A stretch of 63,350 nucleotides of DNA, the filler included, from Platydemus manokwari (lineage: Eukaryota), in NCBI GenBank assembly GCA_037951405.1. It is 6 parts of 6 records of this genome, joined end to end, with 100 filler letters (N's around TTAATTAATTAA, not from the genome) between each part and the next. Parts side by side here need not be neighbours in the genome. Positions count along the whole stretch, not along the records: positions 19,548 to 31,412 come from JBBMOY010425555.1; positions 31,513 to 40,233 come from JBBMOY011360204.1; 4 more parts are not named here. The stretch is one strand, 5' to 3'. Shown here one piece after another: positions 27,269 through 38,049 of this stretch. The notes under the pieces were generated by a model. The model had not been told where the DNA came from. It ran no database searches and was given only the letters and a program-made list of their open reading frames with translations. Both the position numbers and the translations under genes were made by a program. Numbering within the stretch: the stretch's first letter is position 1; each line of letters starts with the position of its first letter.

Positions 27269-27755
27269 TTAGATAAAAAAATGAGATTTGTTTAAATATT
27301 ATAACAACAAACGGTGTAATTTTAAATTAGAATACAATTTTGATGCAAACGAGTAATCTTTTTACTACTAAAATTATCAATAATTTTCATTGATTATGTT
27401 TATTTAAAAATATCGAATCGACTTGTGTTTTCTTACGATTAAATATTTCTGTTATGATGATTTATAAAACAAGTCGTTGAAGCTAATATTCTTGTTTATA
27501 TTATCACGATAATGTATTTAATTTGCTATATGTTTTCGTTGGTAAGAAAGTCGCTTTTACTGACACGAGATCGATTAAATGAACTGAATTTAAATTTAAA
27601 TTTAATTTTCAACACACTCAAACTATAAAATAACCCTGAGAAAAATTAGTAAAAAATATTTCAGAGAAAAATTAAAAAGGAAATACAAATACGGAAATAG
27701 CGACTTATTTTAGTTTTAATAATTATTGCTGAATTATAATTTTTATAAAATAATA

Positions 27756-30421
27756 ATGACACGATTTGGATTCAATGTACTTTTATTCCTTTATTTTCTT
27801 TTTCATCCAAGTAAGATCTTTTTATAAATAATTAATTAATTCATTTATTTTTCTTAGTTTATACTTCTGAAAGACATCTACAATTTGCTCCACATCCTCA
27901 TGTCAAAGACAGATCATCCACTTATGAAGTAAGCAATAGCCATGTTAATGTTGATTCTTTCCGAACAGAATCTGCTGTCGTGAAATTCATGAAAATTAAA
28001 TACGCACATCCAAACGCCAAATTAACATTTTTCTGTAATATCGATCGATTGAATGAAATCTATAAAATAACTGAAGCCAAATTCTGTCGTAAATCTTCAC
28101 TGACATCCATCAGTAAATGTATATCGATCAATAAACAATTCGATGGGAAAAATCAATTGTTTTCTCTGAAATATTATAACGACCGAACCGGTTTTGCTGT
28201 GACATTCTTTCCTTTACACGATGAACCATTAGATGGTTTCTACTTTTGCGAACTTTCAAATTCTCAAGGTTCGATTAAATCCAATGTTCTGGAAATTCAA
28301 GATATTAATTTTTATCAAAAAAGTACTTTAATCAATATTTTAATCGATTTTTAACATAATTTTTTTAGAAATACGATCAAATACATACAGGCCTGATGAT
28401 GATAAATTAAAAATTCGGCAAATTACACCAGAGAATTTACCATTATATTTATCATGTAACAACAAATATCCAGACGGTTCCTATCCCACTTACATGTTAA
28501 AGGGAGTTCATACACCTTTCAAATGGCATTTATGTACAAATGTTTCTTCAGCATTTGATTGTGAAATGCAAATAATGGAAAATAAAATCACCAATCCGAC
28601 TCATTTTGAAGATATATTCGAATATAATCTATTCATGAATGGTATGATAATGAAATTATATGTGATGCTATATTTATTATTGATTGATCTTCAGGAACGA
28701 TAGTATTGTTGAATTTCAAATTAAAAGTCGACTTGAATGCAGGATTTGGGTGCGCATCGAACAATGAAGAAAGGCACGTCTACACAACTTATCCAGATAG
28801 ATCTGAGTCGAATTGGAATCTCATCAATATCAAATACACACCATTTACCAGACATCTTCATATCATATCGAGATTAACTAATCAAATTACAGTTCGAGAA
28901 GGAAATGTATGTATATAACGATTTAAAAAAAACTCTATTGATTAATCTTTTGTTTCAGTATAAATTATCCCGATTTCAACTTGTGACGTCATACGTATTG
29001 GATCTTCAATCCAAAACCAAACCTCATTGGATAAAAGTCAACGGATCAATTTCAAATGATTTTGTACAAGATCACAAAAATCGATTGATATTTCCTGAAA
29101 AAATAATGAAATCGCACGAAGGGACATATGTTTTAGTATTGAGCGATAATCAAAATTATTTCAATTCATTAAAAAATATCTCTTACAAAGTGACTGTTGT
29201 TTCTCCTCCAAAATTGAGAGATGCATCTGGATTATCTAGAAACATTTTTCATTTCAAAAATAATCCTCTACATTTATCAGCTACATTTTCTGGAATCGAT
29301 ACTAAAATTGTAAGAATTTGTGATTTTTGTATTTTCAAAATTATGTTGTCTATTACAGGATATTGAAATCAATGGAATCCACATTGATTTATCATCTGAA
29401 ACCTCTCAATATAAGTATCATATGCAAAGAGTATCTTGGAAATATCCTCGATTAAATAGACTGAATTATAAAATTGAGTCATCCTCAAACGGAAAAGAAA
29501 ACAAGTTATCTGCGATCATATCTGATATCAAAAGTTCACAAGGACCTAACTATGAAACACATTCTGTCTCGTTTATTGGCAGAAATTCAATAGGAGAATC
29601 TCGAGTGGATTATTTGATAAATCTATATGGTATATAATTATCTAGATGATTAATTTAATAAAATCTCATTAATAATTAACAGATAAAATAATTTTGAAAG
29701 AAAAGCCGTCTGATTTTCACTGCAATGAGGGTTGTGATGGCATGAAGAGGCATTTGATGAAATGTAAAATCAATGAAGAAGATTATAAACAATATGGATT
29801 TGTGATAGAATATCATTGGAAAATCAATGGGATGTACTGGGATCAGTTGAGAAATGATTCGATTTATCACAAATATATCACCGTAGAAAATGATAAAGTC
29901 AATATAAAAGGAAATTCAAATTATAACCCTTCATTATCAAATCAATTGACTATATCTTCAATCGGTATGACTGGCGATGCAGATCGAGAAATTCGAGAGA
30001 TATTTAAAGATACTATGATTGATTGTCGAATTGTAATAGTCTCAGTGAACAAAGGCTTGAAAAAAATAATATTTGATAGCAATGAAGATATTGCTTGGTT
30101 AGATAAATTACAAGCACGGATTAAGATGACGGATGATGAAGGTAATTTATTATTTATTTAATTCAACAAGTTGAACTATTAAAACATAGGTCTGAATCCT
30201 TTGGCGTTGATTTTACCAACAATTTGTATTTTATCTGCACAAGTAGCTCTTGTGGCATTCTTTGTTCGTCGATATTTAAGTCAAGAAATCAGTGAAGCAT
30301 ATAATGGTGATATTTGGCATTTAGTAACATTAAATTAATTATTATTTTAGTTCCTAAAATGATGAAATCAATTAATATCAATGTCGATATTGAGAACGAA
30401 GAACATATTGAAATGATTTAA
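27756..30421 (+). CDS. Ig-superfamily type-I transmembrane protein (divergent L1/neuroglian-like Ig domains), multi-exon
   Basis: Signal-peptide exon 27756-27810 (MTRFGFNVLLFLYFLFHP), then intron 27811-27857 in frame with ORF 27980. Ig motifs DGFYFCELSNSQGSIKSN, LSCNNKYPDGSYPT, HEGTYVL, YHWKING. TM LNPLALILPTICILSAQVALVAFFV-RR; short tail ...EAYNVPK...HIEMI* ending TAA at 30419-30421. Confidence 0.82.
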
Positions 30422-30849
30422 TACGAATGAAATGATAATAATATTATCGAAAACATTTAATAATATAATTAATTAGAATTAGAACATTCAGACAAAGGAA
30501 TGGATACATATTTATAAAAATTTCAAGAGTTTTAACTAAATAATAAGGTTATATAAACAATTTTGTTACTCTCGCTTACTTTGAATTGGTAATGGGTTAA
30601 ATGATAACCCTTGTTTTTCATATTGGATAATGTATTATCATTAAAAATTTTACTAAGTTTTGATTTCATATCTATTGAGAATTTTAGTCCTTATCATTTG
30701 ACAGAATCAGTAATCTAAAATATCATACCAATTTATCCTTTTTGTAAATTTTCATTTATGTAAATCATTCTGAAGCGGTGTATCAATTTATTTAATATAT
30801 AATACAATCGCTTATAATTAAAAAAGTAAGTCGTAAAATGATATTCTAA

Positions 30850-31315
30850 ATTTGTTGAGTGTATTGGTAAAATCTATATAGTATATTTAATTATATTCTT
30901 TAAAAACATTTTGAATTTTTTATTTAAGTAATTAATTAAAATTTCAGTTGTTTGAAATCAAATATTAAATAGACTAAAGCTTAAAAATATCCTAAAATTC
31001 GATTATTTGAAAAAATGAAAAAAATAGTTCGACTGCCAATTTATTAAAACTTAACTAGGGCCCCTTTTTAAACATAAGAATCAAATTTAAATTTAGAAAC
31101 TCAAAACATCATTTAGAAGTGTTGTTATTAGAAAGGGAGCTTGATTTTAAAATTATGTTTTGTCCCTATTCGACATCTTAAAAAATGAGATATTAACTGA
31201 ATTATACGAATAAATCAAACTTAGCGCTTGTATATAAATTAAATTATCTCATGGGCAAAAATTCATTATAACGAAAGTAGGTCAAAGGACCGGTCTTCGT
31301 TAACTTAAGCCAAAT
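30850..31315 (+). repeat. Dispersed interspersed repeat, copy 1
   Basis: Clearly alignable by eye to 62150-62686 (tgagtgtatt...atctatatag...ttatttgaaaaaatgaaaaaa...aaaattcattataacgaaagtaggtc). Confidence 0.85.
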
Positions 31316-31412
31316 TATTGAATACAATTACTTGATTACTTGTTTATTCCTGAGAGAGAAATATATCAACAAGAATTGAATGAGTAAATGATTTATCTAT
31401 CAATTCAGTATA

Positions 31413-31512
31413 NNNNNNNNNNNNNNNNNNNNNNNNNNNNNNNNNNNNNNNNNNNNTTAATTAATTAANNNNNNNNNNNNNNNNNNNNNNNNNNNNNNNN
31501 NNNNNNNNNNNN
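31413..31512. other. Artificial contig-joining spacer
   Basis: N44-TTAATTAATTAA-N44. Confidence 0.98.
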
Positions 31513-31849
31513 TATCGGAAAAAATTTTATCATTATTATTCATGTCATTCTGCCCACACGCCTACATTTTAATTAGTGTGGGTTTTTGGTTTTTTAATTA
31601 TTATTATTATTATACTTTATTATTAATTTATTGGGTTATTATTTATAGGCTTGGCAGCCTGCATGGGTATTATCCCGACAGGATGATAAGTAACGTTACA
31701 GCAATTGAACAACAGGTTCTTGCATTGCGTAACAAAATTGAATATATTATCTAATAATTACACTGAACATCATTTAGGTTATAAAAAATTATGAAAATTA
31801 TTTAGAATCAATCTACATTGAAAGTTGATAGATTTTCAAAATTTATATT

Positions 31850-32360
31850 CAATATTTTATATAAATATCAATATTAAAGATGACAAATTGGTTATTAACG
31901 AATATGACGTAACTGTTGTAATATAAAAGAGAAATGAAACTAAAATGTAAAGATTATCAGTGTATTCTTGATTAAAACTATTCAGATTCAAAGATGGTAT
32001 TGATGTATTTTATTAATTATTTAATACTCTTTTTTATAAAAAGTGAAATCAAATATCGAAATACCTGAAATAGAGTGAGTTAATCAATATTATATTCAAA
32101 TTAATTATATATATAATCTTTTAGTACAATAAGATTAAAATTAAAATATCAATAAGACTGAATTAAAATATCAGTCATGATTTTCCAGCTAACTGTGTTT
32201 CAACTCCCTATCACAATATTGGATTATTAAATAAATCAATTTTTCAATAACAAAAAAATATATATATTGCACCATCTTCATGTGAAATTGCTGATAAGAT
32301 TAATAATTTAATAGATCTTAATCGTGAAGATATATCCTTATGCCATTATTGAAAATTTTT
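31850..32360 (+). pseudogene. Possible second Polinton minor-capsid (penton) relic
   Basis: ...HDFPANCVSTPY...EIADKINNLIDLNREDISL resembles the penton C-terminus seen at 10340-10470; lies next to a pPolB relic. Confidence 0.4.
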
Positions 32361-33619
32361 TAAATTGTTTCTTTTAATTTTTTGTTTGTTTTAATAATAT
32401 GAAAACATCTCCATTTTGTTAACAATTTTTAAATATTTTATGAAATAACATGATCATAGTTCGTAAAACTATTAGTTTTAAAGAAAAGCCTTTGAAAAAA
32501 ATTATATAAATGTCAGTGAATGAAGAAGTACTTAGGAATAAATATTTAGAAAATAACAACTTAGAAAATCGTGAGAATTAAAATGGTGCTGCTAATGAGT
32601 GTTGCAGTGATGATGTTGAAAATGTCTTGATATTGAAATTAAGAATTTATCTTCCTTCTTTAAGTGAAGACTTAAATTAATGGAACATAACAAAGCAATA
32701 ATTAATAAAAAAAATTAATGAATTATTAATTAATTTATAATGATCATGATTGAAAGCGGAAAAATATAAATCAAACAGAAATAAAATTAATCAATTAAAA
32801 TACTTAGAAAGTAAAACAGAAACCGAATTTAAAGAGATGTTGATTTAAAATTCAATACATGTAGATCGAAAACTAGACGAGAAGTTAAATAGATTTTTCA
32901 AACACATTTCTGTTATAAAGGTAAAGAATAAAAGAAAATAATAAATGATTATAAAAATGATCAAAATAAAAGACAATAAAATCAAGTCGGTTTGAAGAAT
33001 AATGGATTCGATAATTCATATTTTGCAATTGAAAATATAATTTTTAATGAAGATCCCCAAAAAAATTTAAGCAAATATGTTGAAATAAATTTTCAAATAA
33101 AACCTCTACATTGATATTCTTTTAATGAATATTAGAAAAATAAAACGAATTGTGCTCAGATCGAAAACCAGTGTGAAGATAAATTTCTATGTTTTTTCAG
33201 GACGATATCTTAATGTTTTGATTAATGTTTTAGACCCATTATTAAAAGTAGTCATTATTATTATTAAATTCGTCAGAGCACGAGTTGAAAACATTCTAAA
33301 ATAAGCAAAATTTGATGATATTTTATTTATTTTACAAAGGTTTCAAATTGAATCAATTAAAGAGCATAATTATTCTTATTTTTGAGCTTGTTAATTTATT
33401 TCTGGAATTTCAAATTAAATAGCTTGGAATATAAACCATTTTCATAAATAAATATATTCTGATCAAAATTATTTAATTATTTTTTTGTTTTTAATCTGTA
33501 ATACTAATTGGAACTTTTTCAAATCAGACATTAACAATAGACGTTATTATTAAATAAATAATCTTTAAATAAATTTATATTCGTTTTTTAATAATTACTT
33601 TATTTTTAATTTTTAATTT

Positions 33620-35000
33620 TTCATGTCTCTCAAAGCAAATATCAAAACTTCTTGGACCGATGCCAATGCAAAAACCATAACTTGTTGATTTATATTTTAT
33701 TCAGCCAGAGGTATCTCTAATCTTTGCTTGTCGATACATTATAATTTCGAACTTACGCTAATTTCAACTTATCTTGAGTTTATCTTTAGTTAATTCTTAT
33801 GTCGTTGCTTTTTGTGCCAGACTTGCTGGTAAAATTTACACTTTTATCTTACAACAATTCATTCATATCAAATGCTCCCGTTTAACTCATCATTAAATTT
33901 CTTCACAGTTTTTTAAAAATTATTTTATATAAATTATAATTTTTATATAATCTAAAAAATTAAATCATGATAATTTAAATATTCATATAAAACTTCAGTT
34001 TTAATATATATGGTAAAATAAAAAAAAAATCAACAAATATTTCTACACTAAATTTTGAAAATCTTTTGAATGGTGATTTTATATTTTGTTTCCTAAGTAA
34101 AATGGGATCCATACATAATATTCTATCATCATGTTTTCAAATATTCTGGAAAGTTTTCAAATCAAAATTGCTATTCATTAGTTCCTAATATTTTTTTCAA
34201 ATAAAATTGTGCCTTTCGTTCTTAAATCTGTATTTATTTGAATATAATCTGTTACCATTGGTTTTTGAAAATAAATTTTAATTGTTATTTTACAACATTA
34301 TTTAAATAAAACTGTAAATATCTTTAATGGCAATATAAGTAATTCATCTGTTTGATGTCACACTAAAATTGAGATAGCGAAATTTTCTCTTTTTCCTGTT
34401 CTTTTAGCTATTCATTATATAGTCAAATATTTATTTTCTTTCTCTCAGGTGCTAATGGAAAATCTTTTGTTTATTCTTCAATTATATATATTCTAAATCC
34501 AGCTCCAAAATGTAGTCCAGATTAGAAATTATATGAATATATAATTATATAATCACCTATATCATTATGATATTCATTTATTGTTTGCTCATGGAACAAA
34601 GACACAAATAATTGGAAGCATTATACAAAGATCGTCAGTATCAAATATTTTCTGTCATTATTTTCGCTTTGTTTATTATTTCTAATAACTTTTCTCTTTG
34701 AAATTTATCAAAAATTTTAAAATTATTACACATGAGATTAGTAAAGTTATTATTTTATCTTCCGTGACGTGTTCCCATTACAAAAGATATTCCATCACAA
34801 ATCTTTTTCCACATATTTCTTACATTGTTGATATTAAAATATTTCAAGTTCTATATTTACAACTATTAAACCAGATTTCTCAGTGAAAGATGAAGAAGAT
34901 ACATATTGTGTAAGACTGAAATTTTTCTCTTTAATATAATTATTTTTAACACTTTTTAATAATATATACATCTTGTTTAAACTCTATAATTGTCTACAAT
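33620..35000 (-). pseudogene. Polinton protein-primed family B DNA polymerase (pPolB) relic
   Basis: Degenerate motifs in correct order on the minus strand: EK-ICDGIS (ExGIRGGIS), KDFPLAPE (34442-34464), FQKP...DYIQINTDLRTKG...FEK...LMNSNF..KT (KLMNNSxFGKT region, ~34150-34270), KKFNDELNG (GKFKDE, ~33877-33903). Confidence 0.8.
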
Positions 35001-35035
35001 ATTGTCTATAATATTGCCTATCTTATACAATTATT

Positions 35036-35392
35036 CAACTCATAACAGCAACAAAAATCACCCAGAACAACATGATAAGCAATTTATTCTTTCAGAAATC
35101 TAATTTCAACTTTTAAGTGTTTTTAAGTGAAAATTTTAGAGAAGGACAGAAATTCTTGAGATTTAAATTTTTCGATTTATTAATAAATTGGAAATAGATA
35201 ACCTTGGAAATGCGTTTACGAATGAAAATTCTGTTGAAATTGTATTATTTTAAATATTCTATTAGCTGAAGCCATCATATTGGCCATTGATTTTCCCATA
35301 TGATATCGATGACATTATTTTTATCTTATTTTAAATATGAGCTAGCAAATTGCCGTGATACATATTTGTTGTTCTTCCCATATAGATTTTGA
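35036..35392 (+). pseudogene. Duplicated promoter and 5' end of the C-type lectin gene (dead paralog stub)
   Basis: Aligns with 36708-37070; reads MS*QIAVIHICCSSHID versus MRYQIFVILICYSTYIA. Confidence 0.75.
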
Positions 35393-35458
35393 AATTAATC
35401 AAAAATTTTAGAATTATTACACCAGCGATTATTAAAGTTATTATTCGATTTACAGTAA

Positions 35459-35692
35459 CGTTTTCCCGTTAAAAAATATATTCCTTCACGAATTCTCTAT
35501 TCACACATTTCTTACATTGTTGATATTTAAATATTAGAAGTTCTATTTGTACAACTTTTAAACCATATTCCTCTGTTAAATATGAAGAAGATACACATTA
35601 TATTAGATTGAGGTTTATCTCTTTAATATAATTACCTCTAACGTTTTCTAATAATATATACATCTTCTCTAAACTGTATAGTGTTTTACAAT
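35459..35692 (-). pseudogene. Second copy of the pPolB fragment
   Basis: Direct repeat of ~34770-35000; translates ...IELLIF...E*RIREGI. Confidence 0.7.
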
Positions 35693-36671
35693 AATTTTAA
35701 TGAATTGATAAATCTATCGCATCTGTAGTTAAAGATGTAGTGTGTTTGGAGCGAAGCATTTTTTCATGGTTTAAGTCGGATATTACGTTGAAAAATAAAT
35801 TTGTTAAAATAATTTTCTGTTGAAATAATTCTGTATTAAAGAAGAAAAGATTTTGCACAATTTTATACAAAATATTTATTTAAATGTAATATAAATATTT
35901 ATTAATTATTTTAAATAAATATTAATTTATTATTTTATAATTATATTTTATTTATTATCAAATATCGATTGAATTAAAATCTAAAAAAAGCAAAAAACAT
36001 TGATAAAGAATGCCCTAGAATTACTTATAAAATAATATTTATTTAAAATATATTCGCAGTAATTCTCAGCCAGACGTCATGCGAAATGTATAATTCCGAC
36101 ATGATAAAGTAAAATGAAAATTTATTATTCGGTCAGTGAAACATTTCTGAAAGATTTAATTTTTAAATTTCATGTCTCATTATTTGAAATCAATAACTGT
36201 CTTTACCAATTGAAACAAAGAAGATAGGGATAATAAAAAATACTATGTACACAAAAATTATATTACAAATCTAGTGTCTAGCGAAGTAATTATAAACTCG
36301 AAACTTCAAATGATTATATTTATTAATATGGGACAAATAGAATATTGTTGAAAGAAGAGAAAATTGAAAAATAATATAAGGCTAAAAATAAAGCAACGAC
36401 ATCATTTTATATCTATGTTTCATTGCATAGATATGTTTTAAATAGTTAGAGATAATTTTTCAATCGAAAATATGTTTAACCTCACGTGGAAAAGATAGCT
36501 AATTTTAAGGCTTTGTATTTTTATCTATAAAATTTCTACGGTCGTCATGGCAAATAGTTCTACGCGTTTATATTATTTTTCATTTATTAATTAAACAAAT
36601 TCACCAGTTCACAATTATAGAAAATATTTATAATGAAAATATTGTCGTTGTCCTTTCCATTACAAATATTG

Positions 36672-36723
36672 TGGTTCGATACAACTCATAACAGAACTGG
36701 TTCGATACAACTCATAACAGAAC
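36672..36723 (+). repeat. Perfect 26-bp tandem duplication TGGTTCGATACAACTCATAACAGAAC x2
   Basis: Read directly; upstream of the lectin gene. Confidence 0.95.
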
Positions 36724-37007
36724 AACATTATTAATAATTTATTCTTTCAGAGTTCTAACTCCAGCTCATGTGTTTTTGAGTGAAAATTTTAGGATAGAAA
36801 TTCTAGTGTTTTAGCTTTTTTCTTTTATTAACAAATATACTTTCCAGAAGCACATATTTGAATTGGGTAACCATGGAAATTTGTACACTAATGAAAATTC
36901 CGTTGAAGTTGTATTATTGCAAATATTCTATTAGCTGAGGCCATCATATTTACTTTTAATTTTCCAATGTGATATCCATAACACTTTATTTTTATCATAT
37001 TTTGAAT

Positions 37008-37793
37008 ATGAGATATCAAATTTTCGTGATACTCATTTGTTATTCTACCTATATAGCTTGTTTGAGATGTCCAAGCAATTACAAAACTCACAACAATTTG
37101 TGTATTTACGTGTCAAACAATGATGCACAAAACGTTTGTGATGCATGTGAAAAATGTGATAAAATTAGTGATAAAATTAATATGTGATAAAATTATCCAT
37201 TAGCTTTGGATAGTGAAGTACCATCCATTAGAGATTTCGAAAACATGAAGATAAATTGTGATTATCTAACAGGTTTTACTGGTTTATTTCAAGAAAGGAG
37301 AAAAGATAAAAAACGATGGTTGAACATTGATGGATCTCTAACTAATAATGGTAATATGTGGCATGATGAAGAGCCCACTGATGCAGGTTTTGGAGAAGAT
37401 TGCACAGCCATTTTTAACGGAAAGATTGCAGATATGATATGTAGCAAATATTCCCATTTTATATGCGTTTATGCTAATGTTATTGTGGCCGATTCAAAGA
37501 AATTTATGAAAAATGACGTCAATATTTTCAACAATGATAATGAAGTGGGTTGCTATGAAAATGTGATTGCAAAAAATAATGTGCACAGTGGAGCTTTGTA
37601 ATTATTTTATATTCGAATGAAGAAGTAATTGATATTGATTTGTAGATGTCTTCAAAATATCAATTGCAAATCGTTCTATTATGGAAAAATTGGAAAGAAA
37701 TGCGTGTTAGTCAAGTTTGTTAAAAGTACATTGCCACGAATTTGGAATAACGGATCGGAAATTTGGCATGGATATCATTTAGAACGGCCATAA
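37008..37793 (+). pseudogene. Secreted C-type lectin domain + PAN/apple domain gene; in-frame TGA-TAA at 37185-37190 (pseudogene or hidden micro-intron)
   Basis: Signal peptide, CPSNY...LCIY, WLNIDGS, WHDEEP, EDC, IADMIC, FIC (CTLD). A 48-nt intron at 37598-37645 joins to CLQNINCKSFYYGKIGKKCVL (PAN-like), with stop at 37791-37793. ORFs 36969 and 37206 are in the same frame. Confidence 0.8.
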
Positions 37794-38049
37794 GTGATTT
37801 TATGTGTTGAATAATTTATTATTATGAATTACTGAGAGCTTATTTCGTGATTATGTTTATCATAACTATTATTGATTTTGTTTCACAATTATTGTTATTT
37901 TGTCAGATAACTAGATGTGCATTTTACTTTAATTTGGTTGGTTTGAATAAATCATTTATTATTTAACTTATATTTCGGCTTATTTGAATTATTATATTTG
38001 AATCGTCAAAATAAGTTTCTATCAACGATGTAATTTTATTAAAAATATC

